A DNA stretch of 64,000 nucleotides, from NCBI GenBank assembly GCA_013239625.1, contig MU054187.1:21517280-21581279 (forward strand), written 5' to 3'. Source of the stretch: Lama guanicoe (taxonomy: Eukaryota). A program made the translations under genes and the position numbers. The notes beneath the pieces were generated by a model. That model made no database searches. It worked only from the letters and a program-made list of their open reading frames with translations, and had not been told where the DNA came from. How positions within the stretch are numbered: position 1 is the first letter of the stretch; every line of letters starts with the position of its first letter. Of this stretch, positions 50,587 to 64,000 are shown one piece after another.

Positions 50587-53399
50587 GAAATTGGCGTGTA
50601 TCTTTCTTTTGGGGTGCACTTGGTTTTAATACTTAGTTTGAATTTTTAAGTCACTGTAATGCCACAAAATCGGTGCAATAATGAAAGTAGAGCAACTTTA
50701 TTAAAATGCATTATGTGCCCTCTATGGTCTATATGCCCACACTCTATGGAGTGACTTGTGCGCTGGAACACATTAATTTGTCGGGTAGTAGAAAGCCAGA
50801 TGACCCTCAATCCATGACAGAAGTTACACTGTGGTTTACATTTCTAGAAGGCACTTTTTTTTTTACCCAAATATAGAATTTTAAGAAAATATTTCAGAAT
50901 AGAAAGTAAAACCACCTGAACATAGGTATTTATGCTCTTCCCAACTAAAACCCTGCTGCTAAATGACTGCCAGATCCTCATTAAAAAGCAGAGAGGACAC
51001 ATGTACCACCACCCAGAGTATTTCGTGGGTTTAAGGCCACCTTTTTCCAAAGAAACCGAGGGTCTAAAATCACCTTCATATGTTTTCTCTACTTTAACTT
51101 CTTTAAGGAGATTTATCCTCTTTCTCTATGTCTTTCAAATATAAGCTAATGAAATCTTACATGATTTCATGCAACAAAGAATATCCAAAACCAAAATTCT
51201 GAAGGAAAAAAAAAGAATTAGAAGTCTGTTGTTAAAAAGAATTAATAAACTTCATTTTCTTCTTTAAACTCTTAAGCAATTTGCCCACTAGAACCGATGG
51301 TCTGGACCAGGAATGTGCTTCTTTTGCAAGAGAATGGGAAAACCACAATGTAATATGCTGGTTTGGGCCATAAAGTGTATCGGAGAAGTTGTGGCTGCTG
51401 TGATTGGATTCTGAAGCTGCAAAGAACCTGTATATGGTTCTCTAAAGAAATCAGATCAGCAGAATGATTTCTTGGCTTGCTGCCAAACAGATGCATTTGC
51501 CTGGGATAATCTGATGCTCAGAAAGGAAGCACTGCAGGTACCGTGTGTTAGGAAAACACACGTGTCTGTTTTTCCAAACTTGGCATTTGTCCTCAGTGTA
51601 GTCGACAGTGTAGCATTTATGATCTGGCATTATCATAAATTAAGAGCGTCATACTTTCTCAGATGTTCATTAACTATTCTCAAAATAAAATGAAAAATTA
51701 AAAAGTATAACATAATTCTTTGTTATTAGAGTTCGTTTTCTCTACATAGGCCTTGAGGAATGAAACCATGGGTCTTCCCCTTCATTCATTACCTGTTCCT
51801 GGCATAAGAATTTCTTGTGATGACCAGGATGGAGTGAAATATACAGCAGACCAACGAAATATAGATTATTTGGGATTATAATCCCTAAAGTTTTAGTTTA
51901 ATAACTTGAAGTGTTTAAGAGGTGAGGAGAGGACTGTGGACTTCATCTAACTCCAAACAACATGAGTCACATAAAGAAAAGAAAAGGGGCATTTCTCTCT
52001 GCACTCAATTCAAGAAAAATAGTTAAGCTGTCACTGGTGACAGCGGGAAGGGGAAAATACCAATTTTGCTTCCATCTTGAAGAAAAGAATAGCTTTCGAA
52101 GCAGGAATACACAACAAAATAAGATAGGAATAAAACAGAAGACAAGTAAAGAGGAAACTATTTTAAATGGATTAAAGTTCGGAAAACAGGAATTACAAAT
52201 GCAAATGCCTGTAGAGGCCTGATAAGAAATAGAAATGCAAGAATCAGGCCTGAAGTAAGTTAGCAGATATTAAATTCAACTATGCTAAAGAGGCCATCCA
52301 GCCAGCTGCCGGATTCAGAAATGCAGACCTGGATTGGCCAGGTTTCCTGACTTTTCAAGAGAAGGTAGCTTTAAAGGAGATACTCTATTTTGGTTTGTTT
52401 TAATATGAATATGATGGTGAATGAAACCATATCTGAGATCTATATCCAGGATTTAATAGTTGTATAACTTAAAAAAAAACAAAACCTTACAATAATGAGA
52501 ACAAATGCAGGATTATCTCTGGTGAGAAAAAGAAGGGAGATGAGAATAAAAGGGATTCAGTAGCGTCTGTAATATTTGATTTCTTAGGGAAAATACTTGA
52601 ATCAAATGTTTCAAGTCAAACATACCAAACTAAGTCTAGGTTACACTGTTGTCCATTTTACTTTCTCCATGTTTTTGTAGTCTTACTACTCTTACTACTT
52701 AAGAATCATAAATGCATGGGGTTTATTTCACAGTGTTTATACATAGGTCGATGGAGATGTGTAGATTGATGATTCACAGATGTGAGTGGGATAAACAGTG
52801 TACACAGAGGTCGAGATTTGGATCTTTGGGTCCATCAGAAGTCTACAAGTCTGTGATCTACCTTTTCTAGAGATGCTCAGATTCCTAGAAAACAATATGA
52901 CTTCGAGAAAGAGAGACGCCGCACTCCCACGTTCTAAGCCATTTTGCAGAGAAGGAATTTACAAGTGAATTTCTTATTTGTTATTGAAAAGGCTTCCTAT
53001 CAGCCCTTGGGATATTTAGAGTCACTCTAGGAATCTAAATATGGTTCATCCCAGAATTTGGGGGGAGTGGTCTGAGTATGCAAAATAGCCCCCATGTTTA
53101 TCTGCTGCATCTGTAACAATAAGGGTTGAGTCTCCTCTCTTTATATCCTGCACAGATGGTGCCTTACACGTAACAGATTATTTCTCCCTAAACGTCTGGG
53201 AAATTAAATGAAACAGGGTGTGTTCTGGGTTTTTACTTTGTTATAAAAAATATTTTAAGCTATAATTTGTTAAGCAACTAGTACATTCTGAGCAGCACCG
53301 TACTGATGACTTGATATGCATTACCACTAACATGCACAGGAGAACTGCTGGGTGGGTATTGTTAGCTCCAGTCTCCAAATAAAGAAAGTGGACCATTTA

Positions 53400-54050
53400 T
53401 TCAATCAGTTCTTTACTGAGTGCCAACTCTGTGCTAAGCGCTTTTCCTGGCAATAGTGGTCCAGCTATAAATAATGAAGACTGAAAGTTCTGTCCTTGGA
53501 TAAAAAAAAAAAAAGCCTACACTATTCTGGGAGATGATGCACAACAGGCCAATTAACCAGCAAATGTGTAGTATTGCAGGTGATAATGATGTTAAACACA
53601 GAGGAAAACAAAAAGCCAAGAAGGAAAAAGAACTGGTGAGGTTAGACATGGATGTTTAAATAGGCTGATCAGGGAAGGTTCTAGGGTAAGGTGGCATTTG
53701 GGCCAAGATGTGGAGTACGTGAAGGGGCCGTTTATGGGAAAGGTGTCCTGAGCGGGAGGGACAGGAAGTAAATCCCCGGAAGCAGGAACATGCCTGGTGT
53801 GTTCAGGAAAGGCAAGGAGGGCAGTGTAGCTGGAATAAACAAAGGATGGAAAAACAGACGAGGCCAAAGAAAAGTCAAGATTTCAGATCACAGAGCCTTA
53901 GAGGTGACTCAGAGTGGGTTGGCTTTATGCTGCATTAGATGGGAATTACATGGTCTAACTTAGAGGTCAAAAGAATCATTTGAGCTGCTAAGTCCAGAAT
54001 AGATTATAGAGAAGAAAGAATCCAGAAACCCCTGCAGTCTAGGTTGATAA
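53400..54050 (-). mobile_element. L2 LINE 3' end, antisense
   Basis: atttattcaatcagttctttactgagtgccaactctgtgctaagc tail; taggctgatcagggaagg..taaggtggcatttgggccaaga; tgcctggtgtgttcaggaaaggcaaggagggcagtgtagctgga. Confidence 0.85.
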
Positions 54051-54629
54051 ATGACTCTGTGAGTTTGGCCTGTGACTAGACTGGTCTGATCAGAGCAGAG
54101 AAGCCTGTTCACTTACTCATCAAATATGTCTTGAGCCCTTATTCCATGCCATGCTTCTACTTGGCAATGAGTAGGCACACTCCCTTTTCTCAGGGCACCT
54201 AGTCTGATGAATAATATTGACAAATAGCTGAATAAAGATAGAATAGAAAAATTTAAAACTATATTGCAGATTAAAAAGAACACTGCATGCCAAAGTCGTG
54301 TTCTTCTTAGCTCTGACGGAAATGGATGGAGAAGCATTTTTTAAATTACCTTTGTTCAACCAGCTGAGACAGGGAAGCCCAGGTGCCCCAAAGTGTAAAG
54401 GGCAAAGCTTGGACTCACTACAACTTTTTACCCTGACTCCACACACTGGTTGTACGATGAAGAAAACATATCTATTCCCAAACACGGACTTCTCTTCCAA
54501 GTCAGTCACGGTGGTGAGACACATCTGCATATTCCCCAGCTCTTTCCTTTCTACAGCCGCAGAGACACTTCAGTACCCAGCACACAAAATGGTAGACAGT
54601 TGGACAGAGCTGCTCCCACCTCAAGAAAA

Positions 54630-55320
54630 AAAAAATGCCTGTCAGCCAGCCCTTTTTCTGACTGAGATCCAGGTTTTGTTCAAGTATCAGCCTAAGATGG
54701 CTGGTCCCGCCTTAGCCACAGGGGCTTGAGTTTAGAATTGTGGTAATTTTCCACAACCGTCTACACAGTAACAGGGAACTTCTAAAAATATGGGTAATCA
54801 TATAGCCCCTTCAGACACTTGGATGTAATTGGTTTATTGGGTGGTTTTTTTCAATTGCCCAGGTGTTTTATGTGTAGGTAGGGTTGAGAACCACTGACCT
54901 AAGCCAATTATAGACGTCATTCCTTTTGCAAGTGATTACTTAGGAACAAGCATGTGATGCCATTCTTTCCAACATGATATGAGGAGACACCTGCTGGGGC
55001 TCCTCTCAACGAGGTGTGCTTGCTCCTAAGAAGACAGAGAAGAGGGTTGAGTCTCCTGCTTGCAGGACAAGCTGTGTGAGGATGTGAGGGCTGGAATTCC
55101 TATAGCATCTTCTAATGATGAGGTGAGTAGCCAACATATTGAAGAGGGCAGTGAAAAAAGATGGCAAATACTCGAGACTTTATAATGTCTTTAAGCCACT
55201 AAATTGAGCCACTCTACCAGTAAACTCCTTCTTATTATGTGAGTTAATAAATATACTTCTTATTTTAAATAATTTAGCATTGTATTTTCTGTTAAATGTG
55301 GCTGAAAAGAGTATCCCAAA
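54630..55320 (+). mobile_element. Old MLT1-type MaLR LTR with a MER5-like insert (~54740-54897)
   Basis: gcatgtgatgccattc..caacatgatatgaggaga; tgtgaggatgtgagggctggaa; gagttaataaat..ttttctgttaaatgtggctgaaa end. Confidence 0.6.
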
Positions 55321-56205
55321 GAATTCTTATAATTACCTAAAAAAAAAAAAAAGAAGAAGAAGAAAAAGATGAAGAAGCCAATTAGAAGCAGTGCGTCTTG
55401 GAGGAGTTAGATTTTAGGGTCTTTTTTTTTTTTAAATAATATGTATCAATAAAGAGCTTCAGACTCCTTTTTGAATGCTCTATCCTGGCAGAGAACAAAA
55501 CAGTTAAAGCAGGAGAAATCGCTCTGTTAATCCCAGCACAACCAAATTAGAAAAGTCTTTCTGTGTCCTGCAAAGTGTATCAGAAACTGTGGCAATTAAC
55601 CTGCCGTGGAAGCCTGAATCTTGGATGGGGAAGCAACCAGCATGCGAGCAGCGAGGACCAACCATGAAGTCCCACCCACGCTTCTGATGGCGAATATGAG
55701 ACATGACTCTCTGCATTTATAGATAAGGGTATGAGCAAAGTGAGAAACCAATATGGAATATACCAAAAATAAACTGCATTATAAAGAAGAGGGACTATTC
55801 CATTCAAAATTAAGAAAATGATCAGATTTCTAGAAGTTACTTTTTTCATAAAACAGGAGAATGTTTTAAAAATTTGTTCTGTGTTTAAAAAGAAAGGTAT
55901 ATGACCATGAAAATGTCATAAAATTTGACCACAGAGACTTTTGAAAAGAACTGAGATTTTTGGCAGTGATTTTTTTTAATTAAAAAAAAGAATTCCCCAA
56001 AATAAAATAATCAAAAGCAAACTTTATGCTTCAAAAAACCAAATAATTGTTTTGGAGAGCAAATTTAAGGGACTCCTACAGAAGAGAGAGTGAAAATAAA
56101 GAGGTAAACATATTAAAAAGACGACGAGGGCAGAGAAAGATTTAACTTGGGCATCTCAGGTTATCCCCAGGAAGAAACCAGAAAGAACGAATCAAAAAGT
56201 TGTGA

Positions 56206-56294
56206 GAACGAATATTTGTCTATATACGCGTGACTGGGACATTGTGCTGTACACCAGAAACTGACACATTGTAACTGACTATGCTTCAATTTTT
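56206..56294 (+). mobile_element. Very short (89 bp) L1 3' tail
   Basis: tgactgggacattgtgctgtacaccagaaactgacacattgtaactgactatgcttcaat; exact 12-bp TSD aaaaagttgtga 56194-56205 / 56295-56306. Confidence 0.9.
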
Positions 56295-57841
56295 AAAAAG
56301 TTGTGAAAAGCAGACATAATTTAAGAAAAATTTTCACCTGAGTAAAAAGACCTTCATCTTTTACTAAAGACGAAGATCAAAAAGGCTTGCCATATTCCCA
56401 GAAATACTAATTTTAATGGAAAAGCCAACATTACTTACAGAAAAAAATAGAAAATCTAAAAATTAACATATAATAAGACCTAGGAAGTTCTGTCTCTCCA
56501 ATATAACGAAAGCTGAAGTTCCAACTCTCCAGTATAAGGAGAGCTAACGTTCCGAAAAGAAAACTTTTATGTTCAAAGTGGTACACCCGCAGACCTCCAT
56601 TCAATGTGTGAAGGCACCAGTGATGTAGCTCAGATAGCCATCAGCTCAGAATATATACCATTCATACTGAATTTCTAAGAGCATTCCAGAAATTTTTACC
56701 TGAACATATACTGTATGATACGATTGCAGAAAATAAAGACAAAATGCTAGAGACGTTTACAATACAAAAATACCTAAAGATAATCACTGAATTAAGTAAA
56801 TCACAGAGAGCTGAACATACATTATTGCAACATTTATAAAAAGGAATATAAAAAATAGCAAACAAAAGCATTCTTAAAAACATGATTTATATGTAAATAT
56901 AATTGCTGTTGAACAACAACCTGCTTTTACAATTCCAGAGTGATTTAATACAGTCGATTAGGTGAGGACCAGAGAAGGAAATATGTTAATGCCTCATCCC
57001 ATATGGGTCCATTCCTTTAACAAATGGTCGAGCATCTGTTAACACAACAGACACTCTTCTAGGTTCTTAGGATACATCAGCGAGCAAAAGAGGTGAAATC
57101 TTCAACATTGGCAAAGTTTCAAACCGAGTGTGTGAAATCTATATTTTATATAAAGGTGATCACTAACAGAATTAGAAAGATTATATAACTTACAAATTCT
57201 CAAAGATGACAAAAATCAGGCAGGACACTGTGTACCCAGAAGGGAAAGAAAGGAAGGAAAGAAGGAAGAAAGGGGGAGGGAGAGGGGAAAGAAAGGCAGC
57301 CAGGGCAGCCAGGCAGCCAGGCAAGCAATTGAGTGTGAAGCAAAAGTATATTTTTAATGTCTAAATACACAATGAGAAAATACCATTTAGAGCAATAAAT
57401 GAAGACAGATTAACCCACCCTGTTGAGGGGCAAAAGCAACCACTCAGCTGTGGGGTGAGTCATATCTGTGCTGTGCTGCTTAGAAGAGTTGTAAGAAAAA
57501 TAATACTAAAAAGTTAAAGATGAAGAAATACATCTTCAAAAAAGCTTCCAGTTCAGAGGGTTTTTTTTACAAATGTTACCGATTAAATATTCAAAGAATA
57601 GTTCATTTCCTTGCCATGAAATCCATTTCAAGATACATCAAAAGACCTGAATCTACCCAGTTCTTTTTATGATGGTCCTATGCCTCTTACATAAAAACTT
57701 GACAAAAAAGTAGCACCCAAAAGCCAAATATAGAAAACTCCCTAACTATACATGTAAAAATGTGAAATAAATCAAAATATAAGCAAAAATTCAACAAAAT
57801 ATAGAAGATCTCCTATGACCAACTAGGACCTCTTGACAAAA

Positions 57842-57844
<3 letters not shown>

Positions 57845-57873
<29 letters not shown>
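57845..57873 (+). repeat. (CA)14 microsatellite
   Basis: Direct reading. Confidence 0.97.
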
Positions 57874-57876
<3 letters not shown>

Positions 57877-60297
57877 TACACGGGCACTCATGCAAACACA
57901 CACACAAACCTATATACATCTTAAAACAACATTACACTTCATACTGTAACAGGGGTCACAATTGAACTCACATTAAAACAATAATACCTTCTACTTAAAT
58001 TAATATTTTTAACTTATTCTAGAAGAGAAAGCTAGTGCAGTAAAGCAAGAAACAGAGATTAAGAATATGACAATTGAAAGAATGAGAAGACTTTTTGATT
58101 GGATAGGATGTGATTATCAACCTCAAGTTCCAAGAAAATAAGATAAACACTATTCAGCTTAATTATGAGTTAATGTTTTTTTAATATCCAATAAAAGTAA
58201 AAGTGTATACAGTTTTGTAATATACAAATAACTGTGAAAATGTGATAAAAATATTTCATTTTATAATGTTAAAATACTTAAAATATTTCCAATAATATAA
58301 ACCCAATATAAAATGCACAAAGCTTCAGGGTACACACCACAAAATTTTATTCATAGAATAAAAGATATGGCTACATGAATAGATATAAGATGTTCCTAGA
58401 TGGTAAGTTTGAAGTTACAAATAAACCAGTCCTTTGTACATTAATTCAATATAAATTTTTCCCCAAGTCTCAAAGATCTTGTCCACTCCTCTGGCTTTTC
58501 ACGCAGTTTTATATGCTGACTTGTCCCAAAAGGATGCTCAGAGTCCTGACCTCTCTTTTTCTAAAGCCAGTTTCTCAATGGGAAGTTTCACTTGGATGTC
58601 TCACAAGCATCTCAAACTTAACTCTTACTTTTCCACCTAAAACGCATCCTGTTTCAGAGTACCCATCTCTGTAGATGGTGCATATATCTACCCATTACTA
58701 AACCAGAAACCTAGAAGTCATCTTAGCTTCCTTCTCTCTCACCTCCCATCTCCAATCTTCTGCTACTTTATGTTGCTGCTGTCTCCAGTTATACCCTGGG
58801 TCCCTTCACTTTTCTCAGTTTCATCTCCAGCATTCCAGCAACTGCCCCCCATAGTATCTCCTTGCTTCTACACTACCTATAGCTCCAATCTAAAAGTCAT
58901 CTTTTTCAAAATGTCAATGTAAATTGCCACACTTTTGTGTTAAATCTTAGTAGCATCTCAAAGCCTTTAGGGTAAATCCAAAGCCCTTGGCATTCCCCGT
59001 GAGGCTCCAAATGGCCAACCCCTCGTGCCCACCCCTACCTCTTGTATCTAGTTTCTTCAGCGCTCTGCGATAACGAGGTTATATACCTCCTAGAGGGGCT
59101 AGTCTATAGGTAAACTGGTACTCTGCTCGTCTGTTTTGGTCATTAATGAAATGTCAGATAACCTGACATCTGCTCAAAATATGTCTTCTAAATTTGATTC
59201 TGCCCACAATTCCATCCCGTACCACAATGATCAATGTTTAGCTCCTTTTCAAGTTGAGACTGAAAGCCTTTGGGGGAAGGCCACCCACGGATTTCACAGT
59301 CTTCTGACTCCTTGCTGCAAAGCATTACTACTATTTGAGCCAGACTCATTTTGAAAGTTTAGAAAGAATAGCCCCATTCAGGGCCACTCATTCCTCTCAA
59401 CTTCACCTCTCTCTGATTACCTCCAAACAAACAAACAAAAAGAGCATCTTAGATTAGCTTTGCTGTCAATTTTCCATTCCAGAGAAAGAGGCTTTGATGT
59501 AAAAATCCTCTCTGGAGTCAAATTTCCCTTTATGCATTGTGTTCTGCTTCTGTTATTTTTAGATATCTAAAAAATTCTCATTTTATCCTTACACTTGGGA
59601 GAAAGTATTGTTAACTTTTTAATGATTTTTGTTTGTTAGGCTTTCAGACCAAAAGCACCTTTCCTTTATAGACAAATAGAAAAAGAAAACAGTCTATGTA
59701 GAAGACTGGATTTCTATTTAGCTTTTCTGAATTATTTTTCCAATGCATTTAATTCCATCTTGACAACCGTGGGATTCAAAGCAGGTCAAATGAGATTAGT
59801 TCATTGTGGTTAATATGAAAAGCTTTATCTTCTAAAATGTGTCAAAATTATTATCAAAAACTCCCAGAAACCAAATGCATTTTTACTGACCTTTTTTCAC
59901 TTTGATACTTCCCCTTTTACCTCGCTCCACTAACTGGCAATGCAATGCAAGTTACTCAGCCTGGCATTAAAAGGGGCCTTTTATCATTTCAGAACATTTC
60001 CAATTTATTAATCTGCAAACTTCTCCTTTAAATAGAATACATATTTTTGCCATCTAAATCGCTCTCATGCACAGATATGATCACATCATTTTCCTTGTTT
60101 AAAAAAACAAAATTACAATAGAATTTAAAGCTTCAATGGCTTGCTGGTACCCAAATATTCAATCCAGCATTTTAAGGTCCAAAGGAATCAGAATCAACCA
60201 ACACATCTGGGTTTCTTTTTTTCCTGCTTTCCTACAGGCAAAACGTTGTCAGTTAAAACAGACACACTTTACTTTCTCATTTCAGTAAAATTAAATA

Positions 60298-60495
60298 CAA
60301 TTGACTTTTGAGAAATGCAAGGGTTCGGGGTGTGGACCCTTCGGATGAAAATCCACATGTAATTTATAGTTGCCCGGTTTCTCCACAGAACCAGCCAACC
60401 ACAGATCCTGCAGCACTGTAGCATTTACTACTGAAAAACATCCACATCCAAGTGGACATGCACAGTTCAAATCCATGTTGTTCAAGGGTCAATTG
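60298..60495. mobile_element. Tigger2/MER8-like TcMar MITE
   Basis: TIRs caattgacttttga / ttcaagggtcaattg, TA on the left flank; aagtggacatgcacagttcaaatccatgttg subterminal block. Confidence 0.8.
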
Positions 60496-63400
60496 CATTT
60501 AAAATATTCATGTATTAGCCATTACTATGCGTACAGTGTTCTGGCCAGAAGACCTCTCCCTGTTCTGGGAGGTACCAGTGCTCTTCCCCCCTCTTCTCTC
60601 ATTCATCTTTGATAAAACTATGTATGAATATATGCATTTCTATACACTCCATTTATTAGGATTTAAGTGGGCATCGTTTATAGTTTATTCATCCACTCTC
60701 ATTCAATGCACGTTTTCCAAGTACGTCCTACAGACACAAAGGACGGTAAGAAAAAAAAAATCTGTTTCTAAGAATTCACAATCTACGGAGGTTGACAGAA
60801 ACACAAACTAATGAGTAAAAATCCGGGTGCAATTTTTGTGCTTATTCCAAATAGTTGCAGCAGCAGAACACACCCTCACCCTGAGGGGTGAGGAACCCAC
60901 ACAAGCCAGACCTGGATCCCCAAGAGGGAACACTGTACAGAGCCCGGCTCCCCAGGAGCATTACTCATATCCTGGTTGGATTGTGTGTGTCCCCACTGAT
61001 TTCTAGCAGGTCCAGGATGCTGTTCCAACCCTCCGATTAGGACCCCGCTCTCATTCTCTTCTCTTACGTCTAGTTTAAGCACAACCTGTATATGTGACTT
61101 CACTTTAGATGCTGCTGAAGGCTACCTTCCACGCCTGATTTAAACCACTCATACTCAACCTAATGAATAAAACATAGATCATCAAAATCAATCAATAAAA
61201 AAATCAATTAAAAAATCAATAAATAATTTCACTACTGAAACTATGAAAAATGTTTCTGTCACTAAGTTGTGTCAACCTCTAGATTTTATTGTCTTATTAA
61301 TGTCATTGGTGAAGCTTATTCATCACATAAACCATGAACTAGATTAGATACTCATTTCATTATATAATCAACAACAGTTGACTCCTTACAAGTGTTTGGA
61401 TGGCTGGGAAATATTAAACTTTCTCTTTCTCATATGCCAATTGAATTGTTATTTTTTTAATTTTTATAAGTAATTTAAATGGAGCATTTACTGAACACCT
61501 GTAGCATGTAGATCCCTCCCTGATGGAAGATTACAAAGCAGATTTCAAGCTATAGCCTCAAGCAAAAATAAAATAAATAAGTAGGACTTTTTTCCAGTTC
61601 AACTTCTAGAAAAAAAGACTCCCTTTTCTATGCCTGAAAAGTAGAAGAGCCAAGGATATAAATGTTTGATAAGCTGAAATAAATCTGTCAGGAAAGAAAT
61701 CCAGCTGCTACCTTAAAGCTAAAGAGTAGCCCAAAAGGATATGAAACAGTCCGAATCCTCTCTCTTGAAAACCCCAAACTTATTACAGAGGACCTCACAC
61801 CTTGGAAGGACTTAGGATGTCTCAGTTAAACAATGTTCAACTCATTTTGGTTACCTCCCAGGATTCTTGAATGACAGTTTTAGCAAGTGTTAGGGAACAC
61901 TGAGGTAACATGACTTGTATCTCCTTGGAAGGTTCCATGCTGAGGCAGGTGAATCAAATACAGGTGATCTGTGAGGCTCTAACTGAGGGGTAGGTCTACC
62001 TGTGAAGCAAAATGATATCTGAAGTGCTTACTTTTGGTGGATTAATAACAGAAATCATAACACAAAATGTACTGTTTTCCTTCATTGTAATGGCTTCAGT
62101 ACAAGCGGCAAGCATTAGATAGGCGTATGTTTTGGGATCAATGACTGGGCTCCAACTACTTTCTTTTGTTTATTAGTTCCAAGAAGCAGTTTCTCTGGTC
62201 CTTATGTACCAACACAGGCTTGATAGGTAGTATGAGGGCAGAAAACTCAGAGATTTGAAAAGGTTTGTGTTCTCACAGTACCTGCACTGTAGAGATAGGA
62301 AGTCTGGAGAGGACGGTAAATCCAAGAGTAGGAATTCTGAGAAAGTGTGAGAGCAAAACAGGCCGCTTTGTCCCTTTTCCACCCAACTCTCACCCTCTCC
62401 TGGGCCGGTCCCCAGTGAGCTCTTCTTAGAAGTTTAGAAATTTAGGGATATCTGTGTTCAAGAGAAAGTTTTTCCCGTCGTCAAGCTCTTAATACATCTC
62501 CTTAATGAGATGACCTCAACATAGCATTTCTCTGTATCTGTCAGTTGGGGGCATGCCAACGACTAGGCAAAGGGCAGGGTCCTTTTGTGTCTGAAGCATC
62601 ATAGAACATTCTATATTAGAAAGCTGCACAGACGATGATCCAGAGCCACCAATATATACAGAAATGATCCAGAAGCCACCAAATATATCCAACATCAAAT
62701 ATGGCTCATGTCAAGAGTGTAGACCATAGGGACATTTGAAGCCACTCAAGGAGAGCAGTAAGCAAGTCCAAGTCCAAAGGCACAGGCATGCCTCCTCCTT
62801 TCCACATCCACCCTCACGGATCTGAGGTTTCTCTGTGTATGTGCTGCTTGGCTTGTTAAGCAACTCAGAGGAAGAGAATGGAAGAGGAATCCCAGCTGTC
62901 ATGTGTGAAACCAATTGACTTAAATAATAATATTTAAATATAGCAGAAGAACCCCTGGATTGAACTAAGTACCTGAGAGTTAAAAATTAATTCTCTGCTG
63001 CTTAAGAAGAAATCAGGCAAGAGCAACAAAAAATATGTTCAGTTAGACAATAAAATCCAACTTTTTTCACCTTTGAGCCTTATGTGGTCTTTCAAAACTA
63101 CAAATGCTATGATGGTAATATCTAATTTGTCTACTTTGTATACACAAAATGTAAATAAAATAATCAGAGAAGATTCAGCTAGTCCAGACTCTAAAGTATA
63201 AAGTACTTGCAAGAGTTGTTTTTAAAAAGGCCGGATTTCTTGAATCCTTAAAATGAGTTGGTGAGAAAGTAAAAAATTAAATGGAGTAAAAATTATTCTT
63301 CCATACAATTCAGCTATTTTAAACATAATAAGGAACAACTTTAAAATATCATGTAACAGTTCTAATATTACTTTCCAAATATCTCTATGCTGAATTACTG

Positions 63401-64000
63401 GTTAAAATAACTTGTATTCAAATACTCATTCATTCTATTCATTAATTCATTCAATGTATGTTTATAAAGCATCAAAAGTATCAGACACTGAGGCTACAGA
63501 GACATAATCTTTGCCTGCAGGGATCCTGCGGTCTGACAGGGAGATGGATAGGTACACACATAATTGTAATACAGTGTGATATGTACAATGATACAATAAT
63601 GAATAAGTATAATGGTAGCACACGCTCAGTTTGGCTTGGGACAGTTAGAGAAGACTAGCCAGGCAGAGAAGGAGACAGTGGCAAACCCCAGGAAAGCATA
63701 TGGAGGCCTGCAACACAACAATGGTGTTTCCAGGACTCATGCAAGAATAAGGTTAATTTCCATTTGGTCTCTCTGTGGTGCTTCTATGCTCATCTCCAGG
63801 GAAGCCTAGATCCAGGGGACTGACCCTTGGTCAAGAAAGGAATAAATCATAATAGCTAGTGATTAAAACGTGCTGTTTAAAATTCGAAAATCCACGAGGC
63901 ACTCTGTATTTGCTTGTCTACATTGTTTATTGAAAATGAATAGACTTCTGCTTCTGGCCAAGATGCAGTCACAGGGGTTGAAACTAAAAATCTGACAACA

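Noticed and set aside
54120..54729. Longest ORFs (136 and 143 aa, opposite strands)
   Set aside because: No recognisable domain or convincing splice context, and one runs into a MaLR remnant. Consistent with chance.

Overview
This is mammalian genomic DNA, most likely camelid, judging by three tRNA-Ala-derived SINEs of the camelid type and by cetartiodactyl-style L1 3' tails. The window holds the 3' part of one + strand gene, RALYL (hnRNP C/RALY family). Three spliced coding exons are visible: 6496-6609 (leucine zipper), 18173-18345 (acidic tail) and 49601-49618 (FLQIK*). They are followed by a ~1 kb 3'UTR with three AATAAA sites and ~13 kb of downstream flank. The rest is intron or intergenic sequence filled with L2, MIR, L1, ERV LTRs, MaLR and DNA-transposon MITEs. 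Almost all ORF-track entries are spurious. I see no new multi-gene system. The most interesting structures are: (1) an apparent L1-made retrocopy of an ERV transcript (PPT+U3+R+polyA, no U5, TSD) lying sense to RALYL; (2) a ~375 bp local duplication with copies 5 kb apart; (3) several possible ways to vary the RALYL C-terminus; (4) a twin-priming-type inverted L1 relic; (5) a perfect 28-bp palindrome. Repeat family names come from remembered consensus sequences and their boundaries are approximate.
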